Numbered from the stretch's first letter, positions 37,196-51,210 are shown. The stretch is DNA of 64,000 nucleotides from Lama guanicoe (GCA_013239625.1 MU053561.1:1056826-1120825), one strand, 5' to 3'. Notes: generated by a model not told the origin, from the letters alone. Program-made: numbers and translations.

Positions 37196-39194
37196 AGGAA
37201 TAACCTCTTACTTGGTTTTATCCAGCAAGATGCCACGTATGACGTTGTAATGTAAGTACATAAGGATTAGCTTTTTTGATTGTAATATAAGTGCCTGATA
37301 TTAAAGCTTTTGATTGCCAAGTCATCCACTTCAAAGACCTTCATCTCCAATAAACTACTGCCACCTAGGCAACTAGAAAAAGGCCACCCCACCCATGAAG
37401 TTCCCCTTTTAGAAAGGCCTCAGTAACCTCCAGAACTGAGGGCTTGAGTGACGCTGCTTCTCCCTTCCAGCACCTTAATTCCTGCTCTTAATGTTTTAAA
37501 TTCACCAGTAACTAGTGAGTCTGTGAAACACCAGGCACCCCACTTCCAACGTCAGCAAAAGCAGAACCCCAGGTCCGTACTCTCTCTCTTTCTATCCAGG
37601 ACCTGGCTGTGTGGCCCTGGGTATGCTGTGTATGTTTTAGGGCCTGTGGGGGAAACACTGCTTTTTTTTTTTTTTTTTTCAAAGTTCCCTGATGGCTGTT
37701 GCTGAGGTGCGTCTTGCAATCATAATAAGAACCACAAAGGCTGATCCGGCCACAACATAGGCTCTGGCTGGGGAGAAGTCTATGGGGGGGGGGGGACGCT
37801 TGTCACAGTAGGGGGTCCCTGGTGAGTGCACCCAGGCATTCCTAGCTGATAACATCATTGTTCACAGGCTGGATGGATACCAAACAGACACAGATACGGG
37901 GATATAGAGGCCATCTCTAGGGTATCAAGACCTCATTCTAAGCAGCCTGTAGTTTTGCAGGCCTTCGGATGACACTTCTGCCCCTAAGTAGGAGCACAGA
38001 AAGTCTTGTCATGTCACGTTCTGTGCAGTCACCAAAGACCCAGTAAAATCTTTCTCCATGGCTTCCAGCCTGGGTTTCTGGAACCAGGCTTTGTCTAACC
38101 CTGTGACAACACCCAGACTTTTGATCTCAGAGCATTGCTGGTGAAGATCCCAGAGAGGAATCTCACAGAGTGAGGCACCCAGGATGACAAGCCAACAGCC
38201 ATGCTGGTCCCCTCACCCATCTGTCTTCTTTTCCAAGGAGGACTAGTTCAGCAATCCCTTCACCCAGAAATGGTTCCCAGAAACATGCAGGCAAACTGCC
38301 ACAGGTTCCATTTCCCATTTGCAGAGTCTGTTGGTCTGGGGAGGGTTTCATGCTTCATCAATAGAGTCTTTTTCCTAAGTGCTGGTTTCATTTCTTTGCA
38401 ATATGGGCTTACATACATCTTTTCCATAAAGCTCTCCAAGCCTCGCCCTCACATGGGTTCATTCTTCTGAAACATGGCCTGGGAACGGCTTCCTTAACCA
38501 TTCAGGATGAGAGAAGATTGAAGCCCTAGTAAAAATAATGAGGGCAAAAGCCAGAGGATCCAGAGTTGGAAAGACTTTTTTTTTTTTTAAACTCAAACCA
38601 CCAGGGTTTAATAACTTGAGGACATTCTCTATTCTGGAGCTGAACAGAGTGATCCTCAAACAAACTGAAGGCATTGAGATTGGGAAGGATTATCTCTGGG
38701 GCTCCCAGCCTGTGTCTCAGTCAGGAAGATGTTGGACACACTTGTGCGGTGGAGGTATGGCTGGAAAGCTGATCCCGAGGGTGAGGGGTCCATAGGTCAT
38801 ATCAGATAGTTGGAGTTGATAATATGTATGAAGCCCAGCAAAGCATTCTGGGAGGATTTAAGGAAGAGACTGCCAAAGGATACTGAGGATAGACCAAACT
38901 AAAGGCTGACCCAAAGTGGCTGCTAAATTCCTCATCTCTTACTGGGTGAAAGCATGGGGGAAGTCAGTCTTCACCCTCATCATGGCCTCCACAAGACCTG
39001 CTAAGTAAAGTTTTACCCTTTGAGTGTTAAAACTAATGAGTCTTTCTGTGGTAACAACTTCAGTTGGATGTGGGTCCTTCTATTGGAGTGTAAGCACAAA
39101 CCAAACTTAATACTTCATGACAAAGGAATACTGGCCAAAAAAAGAGTTTCTGAAATAGTATTGGTTCACAGGCCTGGGGATACTATTTACCCAA

Positions 39195-39450
39195 ACTCAT
39201 TCAACTAAACCTTCAACAATGACTCATCAACATGTACTGAAAATCTGTCCTGTGCAGGACATAGTCCTGGATGTTGGTGATATAGTCCATACAACTTAGG
39301 AGTTCACAGCCGCATGTGGAGAAGGAGCAGAAACAGAAATAATTAGTGTAGTGTGTTGCAGAAATGCCACAGTAGAGACAAACACGGATTCTCTGGGAGC
39401 AGAGGAGAGAAGTATTTGGCTCAGTCCAGAGGTCAGGGAAGACCTCCTGG
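39195..39450 (-). mobile_element. L2 LINE 3' fragment
   Basis: tcattcaac...tcatcaacatgtactga...ctgtgcaggacatagtcctggatgttggtgata...ggagttcacagcc...gaggtcagggaagacctcctgg. Confidence 0.6.
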
Positions 39451-42400
39451 GGGCAATGCTAGATGGTTAAAAGCAAGAATGCTTCACACAGACATAGGAT
39501 AAGCTGAGGACCAGTGATTGAAATCAGGGTGGCTGTAATGATGCTCTAAGGAAATGCAGTAGTCCACTGCTCCCTGATTCAGTATGCTTGTGGAATTCTG
39601 GGAAATTTCAGATCAGCAGATGTGAATCTGGAATATTAGGAAAGAACAAGACTTGGTGTAAGATTTAAAGTCCAAGGAAGCAGGTACCATTAGACATATG
39701 GAAGCTCAGTTTGATACAAAAAAAAAAAAAAGTGCCAGCCAGCACTGGAGCTACAGGAGGCAGCGTCATGGAGACACGGAAGGCATACATCATCATGTCA
39801 GATCCTTTTCATCCACATTTATCCCAGAAAGGATTGCAGGAACCCGAGCAGAACTTCAGCCCCTCTTGCCTATATCTGGAGAGCGAGACCATGTATGGCC
39901 ACGTCATCTTCACACCGGGAACCCGATGACGCAAATGTGTGCAGACACTTAACCCACCACAGAAAAGCCAAGCAATGAGTGAAAAGGTCACTTGTGGGGA
40001 GGTGTGAGTTGTGCAGGGAAAGCCAAATCGTAGAAGAGTTACCCACGCCGGGGCCAAGGCAAGCAGGATTCCGCAGGGGCCGTCTTGCCTGTTCAGTTCA
40101 GGCATTTCATAAGCCCACACTCCAGAGTGCTAGCAAGACCCAGCAATCCCAAATTATGAGTTATTTAACTTGGCCTTTAGCATGACTAGCTCTTTTGTGA
40201 CTTGGCCGTTCTTGGGGATGTCGCACCTTAATTCTATTGGGCTTTATGAAGAATATTTTTTTAGGTGCATTTTATACTTTGAATGACATAGTCCTTTCTG
40301 TTCAGAGACACAGTGAAAGAAGAACCAGTAGGAGGAGGTAAATTCATTCCAGCTCATTATCTCAGGGAAAATGCTGCTTTGTAAAGAGTGGTAGTAGAGG
40401 AGCATGAGCTCCCGCGGGACACGCTGTTCCCCACAAAAGCCATCTTTTTTCTCGTACTGCATGAAGCAGTAGACCTGATCTGAACTAGGAGACATTCTGG
40501 AGTAACCCTTAGACTTAAGTGAAAAGCATTTCTTTTTGGCTCCCCCAAATGCCCACTTCAGGAAACTCACAGGACGAGATTTATTGGATTTTTAAGCCTG
40601 AGACCCATTATCTAGTCCAAGGGAGTGCAGATTTCACAGGCCGTCTAAGCACAGAGCGGAGTGCCGCTGTGATTACAGGAGAGCTGGGAGCCGACCTGAA
40701 GACACGATCCAGAAATCTGGAACAGTGAGAAACGAGCAGAGATTTCTTGTAGAGCCCGGAGGAAGCAACCCTCCAGGAGACTGGGTCTTCTAACTCACTT
40801 TTATAGGTCAGGAGATGACAGAACGAAATGTACTCTTACTTGATTTCAATTGACTTTCCCCGGGAAGCAGAGATTTTTATTAGCATGTTTTGCTTCTGGA
40901 GAAGCTAGTCTCTGGGCCATATCCAGTGCTTTTCCTGCTACACCAGGGAAGGTAGCACACAGGGAACACAGCCTGGACATATTTTAAAAAGGCCTGGATT
41001 TGACCCTATAGTTCTGCAAAATGGAGATGATAGCCCACCACCTAGATTATTGAAAGATAACATAATCCAAAGCCTTACTCTCAGTGAGGGTCGTGTAATA
41101 GGCAGTTGATAAATGCTAGTTGTGCTGGTGTTTGTCCACTGGTCTTCCTGATAGAAAATAACATGTTAGTGACAACTGTTTCGAAAAAGACGTGACTAGA
41201 ATGGCATGACTGTCGGCTCCATTAAAGCTGATCTGGGGAACTTTGAAGCAGTGAGAATCTTGCCCTCGTCAGGTTGCAATTGGGAGGAGTCCCCCCCCCC
41301 CATATACTGGGTACCTAGGAGTGCTGCTTTGGTGTCTCACTAGCCGGGTCATTCACGAGAATGAGTGCGACATTGGGCTGAAATGGTAAAATGATAGAGG
41401 GTTCCTGTTCCAGCCCTGCCTCTAGTCAGCTGTACTGCAGTCTTCTGACCTTTTTGGGCCTCGTTTTCCTGACTTTAAAATAGAGACGTTCCACGAGGTG
41501 ATTTCTGAGGTGTCTGTCATCTCTGAGTCTCCATGAAAGACAGCTGGATCTCATCCATGATTTTTGGGGTCAGTCTTTGGAATAGAGCCTGCTTAAAGAA
41601 ATAAGTAAAAAGAAAGAGCAAGAGTAAGCTCAAAAATCTCACTTGTGTAGAAAGGAAAACTTGGCTATCTTATCTCTGCCCAAACCCTTCTAAATGTTTC
41701 TGAGTGAGTTTTTGTTGAAATGTCAGTTCTTCTTCACAGCCACGACCCTCCAAGAAATATAAAACCCCAAAGGTGTTTACCTTTAAGCATTTGGTAGTGA
41801 AGATTCCTGGATTTAGAACCAGAACCCAAGTTCCTTTACCTTCACCTTCTCTGAACCTCAGTTTCCTTCATCTATAAAATAGAAATAATGATAACTTTCT
41901 TTTACTTATGAAAGGAGAAGAACTCAATTACTAGGGTTTGAGGAGTATTTATCGTGTGTGTGTGTGTATGTGTGTGTCTGTTCCCCTCGTGGATTGTAAT
42001 ACTCAAGGATAGGAGTTTTTCTTTAAATTGTTGGTGGTATGTAGCACAGACTGCAATCACAACAGGTGGTAAATGAATTATGAGTTGACTTGATGTGATA
42101 AGGATTACAGATTTTCTGTACCTGTTCACTTTTTTAATTTACAAAATTACTCTTGCTTGTTTTAACAAAATGAAATGCCAACACATACTCAGTAAAAATA
42201 ATTCCCCCCCCCCGGCATACTATTGTCAGTTCTTCAGCATTTGTCTTTCCAGATTCTTCCCCTAAGTCTGTTCAGCCCACATACTCACATATCTACTCAC
42301 ACTTACACATATTCTCATAGGTTTTTTATATCCTGCCTTTCTTTTCTTTGTTTTTAACCCCAAAGTGATAGTATCACATGTACTATTTTATGGATAGCTC

Positions 42401-43097
42401 TTAAAAATTAATTTCATTAATCCCATAGTTGGCTCTATAATACTTCATAATATGATGTACTATAATTTTTATCCAGTTCTCTGCAGATAAACATTTAGGT
42501 TGCTTCTATTTTATTTTTTTTATTCATCTTGCAAATTCAAACAAGGCTTTGATAAAATGAAAAAAAATATTTTGGTCACTTACATGCATTAAATCATAAG
42601 AGAATCTTTGGCTCTAGCCATTATAGGTTGAATCTGCTGGAAAATGTGCTGTAGATTCCAAAGATAGACTTGGCTCTTAGTGGCTTATCAAGGCTTCTCC
42701 AGCTCTCACCTAATCCTCAAATGAGCAAAGCTTACTCAACAGCTGCCACCAGCCCTGGTTTCCCCAAATGGGTCATCTCATGGGCTGCAGCAGACCTGAC
42801 CATGAACACATGAGGTGGTGGCTCCAATAGCCACCCCCTCTTCCACAGATGCGCGGGACCGGGGTGGGGTGCTCCCTGCCTCTAACCATACATAGACAAT
42901 TTTAGCAGCAGCTTGCCTGGCATCTGTTTCACCAGGTTCTTAATCTCAGTGCCATTAGTAATTGACACCATAAATAAGATCACCGGTGAGTGCCTGGAAT
43001 CTTGGGATGGGCCAGGAATTTGACCTGGAGATTCTGAGGGATCCGACAAGAGCAGTCTTGTGGTAAATTAATATCTGTGGCAAAAAAGGGTGACTCC

Positions 43098-43245
43098 AGC
43101 ACATAGCTAAGTGGACACGCAGGTTTCCCAGTCTGGAGGTGCTCCACAAATAAGATAAGGTTTCCTTACGTATCTCTGGGATTATCTGTAGTCATGGTTA
43201 CAGCATGTGATAGCTGCAAGTGCCTTCTATAACTAGGGGAGTGGG
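43098..43245 (+). repeat. 148-bp direct repeat, copy A
   Basis: Aligns without gaps to 44674-44821, with 24 mismatches by hand count (~84% identity). Confidence 0.92.
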
Positions 43246-44524
43246 TCTTCGCACTTCAGGCTCTAGGCCAGAGGTTGCAAACTGGTGGCATGTTGTCAGT
43301 AAACATGTAAAATGCTAAATATGTAAAAAAATAATTTGCCAATGTTTAAAAATTGGGATATTTTATGTAAAAGTCTGTACTTCTGTTATCTCTTCAGAAA
43401 AAAGCAAAGATTTGGTACCACTGAGGACACAAGTTTCTCATGGGTGCCAAATAAGGCTGCCTTCTGCAGAAGGGTTGTGAGCTCTTCAGTTTGACAGAAT
43501 CCACATCTGGTTCTGTCTCTCTGGCTTTGGAATCTGTGAATTTGGGCCTCTGGCTTGGATGTGATGACATTTACAACTCAGAAATTCTGTTGCTACTTAC
43601 TGCTAAGCAGAAGAACTAACCACTCACACAATATGAATTTAGTGGCAAACTTCAGGGCTCCCAGCTTTCAGATAGTTGTTTCATTTACCGAGAGGGCAAA
43701 AAATGCCAACATTAAGATTCCCTTGATAAGTAATAGCCTATTCTAGCAGAATTATTGTCTCCATCCCCCAGATCAATAAACTGAGGCTCAGAGAAGTTAA
43801 GTAAATCACCAGGGTCACGGAGGTACTAGCTGGTAAAGTCAGTATTTGGACACAGGCAGTGTCTCTCCAGAAGCTATGCCTGGAATCACTAAACCTCGCT
43901 TCATCAGTCCCTTCCAAAAATGAAAATGCCTCCAGGTAAAGGGAGACTTGGAGTGCCCATCAGCTGATGCCAAAGGATAATTAGTTGACAGCTATGTCTT
44001 CGCTTGTAAGTCCATGAGGGTGTAGAGCGGACCTGAAGGAGGGTGGGAAGAAGCTGAGATGAACCTTCCAGTGAAAGATCACAACTGCACAGAAAGAAAG
44101 GCAGGGGAGTGTGGGATTCACAGAACAGGGCGGATACGAGAAATACTAACTTGCTGATAAAGAGCAGAAGGCAGAACCACATCTCACCAACCTGATCAAA
44201 GGGATTTTAGGTGAAAAATGAGGGTGAGGTTGGGGTTGACATCAACATGCAGAAGAAGCAGCAGCTCGTGAAAAAGAATGATAAAGCTTTCTTCGCTAGA
44301 ACACACGCGATCATTTGGAGAATGCGTAGAAGGCGTGGCAGACGTGAGGGGGAGCAGAGCTCCTCAATTTCTGACAAGTTCTCATTTTCTTCACCAAGGA
44401 GAAGTGTGTTAACTGTACAACGTAGAACAGATGTAATGAAAAGGGGCTTGAAGGCCAAGATAGGTGGGAGGAGAGAATTAGCATCCTAGTGAGAAGGCAG
44501 GCACGGCTGGGCGGGCCAAACGGA

Positions 44525-44672
44525 GCTTTTGGAGTTGGACAGACCTGGGTTTGCCTCCTGACTCAGCCTGACTCTGGTTGTGTAACCTTGGTCAGCCTTC
44601 TCTGAACCTCAGTTTTCATGGTGGGGATTATGTGAGGCATGTGTGTGAAATGCCTGGCACACAGCAGGCTCT
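44525..44672 (+). mobile_element. MIR SINE
   Basis: tttggagttggacagacctgggtttg...tgtgtaaccttggtcagccttctctgaacctcagtttt...tgcctggcacacagcaggctc. Confidence 0.8.
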
Positions 44673-44673
44673 G

Positions 44674-44821
44674 AGCACAGAGCTGAGTGGGCACGCAGGT
44701 TTCTCAGCCTGGAGGGACTCCATAAGTGGGATAAAGTTTCCTGACCTATCACTGGGATTATTTGTAGTCATGGTGACAGTATTTGGTAGCTGCAAGTGCT
44801 TTCTGTGACTCGGGGAGTGGG
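44674..44821 (+). repeat. 148-bp direct repeat, copy B
   Basis: Matches copy A at an offset of 1576 bp. Confidence 0.92.
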
Positions 44822-44899
44822 ATTTCAGACGCCAGAAAGTTCAGTTCTTTAGATCAAGATGAATCATACCCCAGATAGCAGAATAATTTACAAAGATGA

Positions 44900-45815
44900 G
44901 GAAGCTGTTCTTGGTAATGGTTAAGAGATCACAAATACTGAGAGAGGTCCTTGAAAAACTGGAGACGGGCAAATGTCATTATTTTGACAGAGGGGTTGGA
45001 AGAGAGTTTAAATACTATAGATTTGGTGTCAAACCCAGGCAAAATTCCAGAATATATTAATCAGCAGTTGGTTTGAGAGTCCTTAGAAAAGACAGCAAGG
45101 ATTACTAGAAGTCCGCCCAAGATTGTTAAGAAAAAAGTTATTCTAAGCAAATCCTCTTCTAACTTTTGTCTCAAGTCACCAAATTAAGTGATTAGGTGAA
45201 TGCTGTGGATTAGCTGATCACACTATGGATGTGACGTTTGACAAGAATTTCAAGATATTTTGTGGACAAGATGATGGACTTGAATGATAATTCAGTCCAA
45301 GCCTGTAGAACTCAAGTACCCTGGGTGAGAAGACACTCTTGTGAATTATCTAGAAGGAGCCTTAGGGCCATGCCCCAGGGTTCTCTACTTGGCCTTATCC
45401 TCATTGACATCTTTGTCATCAGTTTGGATGAAAATAGATTACATGTCAGAAAAACTCATAGCTCACAAAAACTGAAAGAGGGAAATAATACATTGAGTGA
45501 AATAAGATTGAATAATATATTGCCCATCGTCAAAAATGGACCAATAATGACAATCAGCAAGACTATCAGAGGTGCATATTCATTTTTACTTTAAAACTTG
45601 AAAATTTGCAGTTCTTGAAAGTACAGAAAGGGAGAGAACTATGTTGAAAGAAGTACATGTGACAAAAGATCTGTATCTTTGTTCTCAGAGTTGTTGACTG
45701 AAATTTCAATGTAAGTCAGAGTATGCTGTGACTCCTTAGATAGACTCAATTTCAGGCTGAAGTGACCAGACGAAGTGAAGTGATACGTTGATTGGATTCC
45801 AGTTGGACCATGTCT
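44900..45815 (+). mobile_element. CR1/L3 LINE reverse-transcriptase fossil
   Basis: ORF 45238-45594 contains MPQGSLLGLILIDIFVISLD, resembling the CR1 RT motif GVPQGSVLGPxLFNIFINDLD. The upstream DNA also resembles decayed CR1 ORF2. Confidence 0.7.
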
Positions 45816-47534
45816 GCAGTAGTAGTAGCAATAAAGATGTGGTTAGTGGTAATAGTAGCTAATGCGTCTTGAGCACTTTTCCTGTACCTGGCACTGTGTT
45901 TGTATGTGAATGAATTAGTCTGATATGTATAGTAGTGTTAGGCTAATGGCTAAAACAACTCTAAAATCTCAATGGCTTAATTCATAAAATTTCATTCTTG
46001 TTTATGTTACACACCAATGTGGGTCAGGAGAGAGATGGGCGTGAAGGGACGCTATCATGCAGAGATGCAGGCTCTGTTTTTCCTGTGGTTTCATCCTCCT
46101 CCTTGGAATTCTCTCCATTTAACAGGCAGATGGAAAGAGAGAAGGAAAATCATACACAAGAAACTGGGGCGTTGTGGGGGTGGGCAGAACAGATCAGAAA
46201 GTGGTATTTGTCACTTCTGCCCACCTTTCATTTTTCTGGAACTCATGGATATGCCTCCTCTAACTGCCAGGGAAACTGGGACATGTACTCCAGCTGCGCT
46301 CCCAAGAGGTTGAGCAGAACACAGATACTGGTACGCATGAACAGTCTGGATCATTTCTTTTAATATTCGACACACGTGGGTGAGGTAGATGCTGCAGTCA
46401 ACCCCATTTTAAAGAAGGGAAAAACCAATTCAGTGGTGTAAGTTCAAATCTGTGTATTATACTTAAGCATAAGGGCAAGTTTCATGTTTCAAGGGAACGG
46501 AGCCAATCTCTTTATAGATGTCATGTGAGTTTGACAGAGCTATTTAGGTATAACTTGGAAGGGAGAAGACGAATGGATGCTAGGATAAATAGCTTCCAAT
46601 AGCTGAAGAGTTGACTTAAAGTACAAGAAATTATTTCCTAGAAGTGAGAGTCATTCTCATGATTCCTGGCATTGCTAAGAGCTCCTTGTCCCTGAAGAGC
46701 TTCTAAGGGGGCAGCAGTATTTTTTAAGGATATTGTTATAGAGACTCCCCCAGAAGCTTTGGTTCTGTGGTTTTATGGGGAAAAGACACAATACCTATAT
46801 TACGTTTTTACTATGGGCTGTCACCTTCTCACTTGGCATCATGGGTGGAAACAGGCTTCTCCACATTTACCATGCAAGCACTGCAAAGTTTTTTTTGATT
46901 CAGATTAACAGAGCAGGGTGTGTATGTGTGAAGTTGTGAGGGTGGTGGTCAAGAGGAAGTAGGCTATAAGAAAGTCAGACTGAATTAGGTGTTAAGAATG
47001 GATAAAATAATACTTGAAAAATAAAATCTGGTTTTATTTTATTATTTTCAACCTGATTACATGTTAACCTCTTTTTATATCTCTTTTCAGTGACTAAGCC
47101 TCGTTTATTGTGTGTATTCTTTTTTGATAAATGAATCAATGCTTCTCAATAGGTAAATAATTTTTATTTTTCACTGAAGTGGGTTAATAGCAGATTTCCC
47201 CATATTCTTGTTCTTTGCCCCCACTAATTGGTTTAGATCGTCTATCTCAATATGCACTGGAAATGAAAACTAAATTTCAGGCCCTGTTTTAAGCATTAGA
47301 AACTCTGAACTGTGGCCCTTTACATGAATGAGAAACATATATTAAAAATAATCTTTGTTCCTTAAGGCACATCTTTGAAGAATTTCTACTGAAATCTCAC
47401 TGAGGTGGAAACAACAAAATAAACCTGAACTGACTTTGAAAACATCCGTTCATTTGGATTCATGCCTACCTAGGATTGGGCCTTTTATTTTTGCCTTCCC
47501 TCTTCTCTTCTGCCCTTCATCTGCTTATTCTTTT

Positions 47535-47795
47535 CTTTTTTTTTTTTTAATTTAATTTTTAAAAATTTAAGTATAGCCAGTTACAATGTGTCAGTTTCTG
47601 GTGTATAGCATAAAGTTTCAATCATATGTCCATGTCCATATATTCATTTTCATATTCTTTTTCATTAAAGGTTATTATAAAATATTGAATATAGTTAGTT
47701 CCCTGTGCTATACAGAAGAAATTTTTTCAAATCTATTTTTTTTTAGTGGTTTTATAGTGGTTAACATTTGCAAATCTCAAACTCTCAGATTTACC
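47535..47795 (-). mobile_element. 5'-truncated L1 3' tail
   Basis: T tail then aagtatagccagttacaatgtgtcagtttctggtgtatagc...ccctgtgctatacagaagaa...tttgcaaatctcaaactc. Confidence 0.85.
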
Positions 47796-48682
47796 CTTAA
47801 GTTTGTGCTTTTTCTGATCTTCCTTCTCCCTCCTACGAATGGCAGCAGTGATTCCATGTCCTGGGCTCTAGAGTCCTAAGAAAGCTTGAGAAGAAGTTTC
47901 TGGAACTGGGGGATGGCATTGAACCCCCAGAATAACGATTTGCTGACATGATGAACATTTGCAATGATTCACTTGAAGGACTTTATTGGTGTTGTGTAGA
48001 TCCAGTCCTCCTGGAGAAGGCCCGAGGGCGTGGGCTGGAGTTCCTGCTCTGCCTTTTATGAGCTGTGGGAATTTGGGCAAGTGGTTTAACCTTTCAAAAT
48101 CTCGATTTCTGCATTTCGAAATGAGAATAGTAAGATGAGCCAGCTTGTCTTCACCCACTTCTCAGAGGGATGGGTCCACATTGCGATGTCTGTGAATGTT
48201 CTTGGTAAGTGAGAAGGTGCTTTCCTGGTGTCGCTCCCTCCTCCCTGACCTCCATTTCTTTCCTTCTTTATTTTTTCATTCTTTTCTTTAAAATTATTTT
48301 CATGGCTCTTTCCAGCCAAAAGAGACTTCATTTTTAAACAATTTCCCCTGAATGACCCTGAATGGAGTTATGTCTCCAAGACTGGGTGAGTCTCCTCTCC
48401 TGGGCTCCAAAAACCCATAGCTGAGTTGGGCAGCCACAGAAGCATTCTGTGGAAATGTTTCCCTTCCTCAGAGACAGGACAAGGGCATCTTCAGTAAGCA
48501 GAACTTCTGTGTCCAGGGCCAGGCAGAATGGCCAATTCCAACAGAAGCTGTTTTGTTCTTTGAGAAAGCCATGGCTCAAAAACAATTTCCTTCAAATTCC
48601 AGGAAGATGTTGGGCTAGTTGAATGCCTTGCAGCAAAGCGTCAGGAAGGGGTCTGGCTTTGGCACCAACTCAATGTGAAGTT

Positions 48683-49127
48683 TGATATGGCGGCCATGAA
48701 AATGCACATCACACCCTTCAGACACAGGGAGAAGAACTGACCAAGGGCTTAAATGCTGCATCTTGAAATCCACAGCTTCTTTTGTACCAAGCTATGTGTC
48801 CCATGAGCGGCTCCAGCCAATGACATTGTGGCTAGGACAGTAAGGCAGTACCATTCCTAGGAGATGTGGGACTCTGCTGACAGCTGGCTCCAGGACTCCC
48901 CAGTGACCTTGCTGAATCTTCCTTAAATGGTACCAGAGTCCAGGAAACTTCCACCCAACTTTCTCTTGCTCTCCCTTTAACTCAGTATCAGACTTGCTTC
49001 CTGGTCTAACAGCTCTGCCATGTCTTTTTCTGGCTCCTTCTCTATTTCACTCCCACGGGCATTTTCCTAATAAAACCTTTGCACATTTAATCCCAGCTTG
49101 ACTTATAATTTTCAGAGGAATTACACA
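48683..49127 (+). mobile_element. Old ERVL LTR (LTR16-like)
   Basis: tgatatggcggccatgaaaatgc...ccattcctaggagatgtgggactct...cctaataaaacctttgcacatttaatcc. Confidence 0.6.
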
Positions 49128-49532
49128 TTTGGCAGATCCTTTAAACCTCTCAGTTTCAATTTTTATATCTTACAAATTGAGAGAGTCAGGGGCCAGAAAG
49201 GAAAGTTAGAAGAGGGGAAAGAATTATCCCGTCTACCATTGCCAGGCACTGTCGCATTTATTATTTCCCCTAATTATGACATCAACTTTAATGTGACAGA
49301 TAGTACTGCTGTTTTTTAGATGAGGATGCTGAGGATCAGAGAAATTAAATCGCTAGCCCAGGATGACTGCAGAGCCTAGATCTGAACCCCAGAACTTCTG
49401 TTTCCTCTACCACTTCCTCTTCTTTTCTGACTGCTTAACTGTAAGGATCAGATGAGATAAGAGATGTGAAAGTATTTGGAAAATGTAAACAAGTGTTACT
49501 CCAAAGGCAAAGATGATTATTTCTGGTGGTTG

Positions 49533-49686
49533 CAGTAATGACCGCTATATAATACGCAGGGTCCAGTTCAAAATGAAAATGTGGGGCTCCTTGTTCAAAG
49601 TTTATTGAGAATTTCGTGATGACACAGCAGAGCATTAAATCAAGGGCGGTCCCTTCTGAGTGTGGGACCCCTCAAGCCAGCCCTGG
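49533..49686 (-). mobile_element. MER45-like hAT DNA transposon
   Basis: gggtccagttcaaaatgaaaatgtggggctccttgttcaaa...acagcagagcattaaa...cccttctgagtgtgggaccc...aagccagccctg matches MER45A in reverse. Confidence 0.75.
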
Positions 49687-51210
49687 TAACAGGTGAATTT
49701 TCATTACAGAAGAAATCAAACTGAACTTGTAGGAAACTTTCCAGAAGAATAAATCTAAAAGCCAGTTGTTCAGAGAGATCATGTGGAAAAGAAAGCTCTA
49801 GATCCCGGGACTCTCAATGCTGCAGAAATGACCCTTGGCTATCATTAAGAGAAGTGACTGTGTTTCAAATAAAAACAGAGACTTCTGAGCCAATGGGATT
49901 CAGTGATGTTTACGACAAAGCAGGGGCCAGTGGGCCTGATGAGCCTGTGGCAATTCCTTACCAGCGCCTGTGTTTCTGGTGCTGGATGCGTGGACTGCTT
50001 CTGAAGATATCTGGGGGCTTCTGCTCCAAGCCTGAGCTCATTGGAAAGCACAGGCCCTGCTCCCTTCCCCACTGAGCTGTAAAGCCACACCTGGGCTCCG
50101 TTTGGGGGGCAGTCTTCCCTCTTGAGAACAGCGCTGCTTTCTTCAGGTGTGGGGCAAATCCTAATTTTGGTCTAGTGGAAACTCACACCCACTTCACTTA
50201 ACCAGATGGGTGGCACCATGCTTCTGTGGCAACTTTAGATTTGAGCAATCAGATTAAGGGTTCCTGGATGTAATAGGATATGAAACTTTAAGGCAGGCAA
50301 ATCATTGTATGATTTCTCCTGTGGCTGGGGCATCTTTGGTTGGGTCCAATGTCCATCTGTCAGGAAAAACATACATGAGCCTCTTTGTAAGGCAATATGA
50401 GATATCTGTGCACATTATCATGGCCCCTGGTGCAGTTGGCTTCCAGGGAGCATACGGATCCTCTTAAACTGGGCAGGGAAATCCATCAGCATTGTCCTCT
50501 TTCCTGCTCGGGTTTGACCTTCCACTTTGAGGTTTTGACATGGTTAATAAGAGCTCCTCTATCATTTCATGGTATAAAAGCTGGTGACAGCCTGGAAGAA
50601 AATAGTCATGAATCTTACTGAAGAGTGGAGGACCTCCATTGTCCTGCCCTGTGCCTTTGGGCAATCTAGCACCAGCCTCATCTCTCACCACCTCCCCGTT
50701 TGTTCTTTGTGCTAACTAATGCTGTATTGTTTTATACTTGTTTACTTTGGTGGAGAATACTTGATTGGCCTGGAATGCCCTTGTTTACTTTATACACAGA
50801 GGGACTTCTCTAAGATGTTGCTCAAAATGTGAATTGCTCGATCCATCCCCTGGGCTCTCATTCCTCTCACTTGGTACTGATTCACAGATAGTCAGCATCG
50901 TTTGTATGTGGCCTTCCCAACTAGTCGGCATGTATCTAAAGGACTGGAATTGTTCTTCCTGGTTTCCATAGACTTGGGGACTTGCAGTCTCCAAATCATA
51001 GTGAATTTTTATTAAATGATAGATGAACCAGAAGTGAGTGAATGAATTAGCCCCTGTCCAGAGTCTGTCTCCCAGCATCCTTCCACAGCACCAAATCGTT
51101 TCCTACATCATCTTCCTCTTATTTTGGCCTCAGTGGAAATGTAGATATCATTTCTTCATAGCAAACTGTAGACCATCCTGAGCCTTCCCCTTTCACAGAG
51201 AAACAATCTT

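Noticed and set aside
40000..40007. T-box half-site AGGTGTGA (autoregulation)
   Set aside because: A single 8-mer is expected by chance in 64 kb; no cluster.
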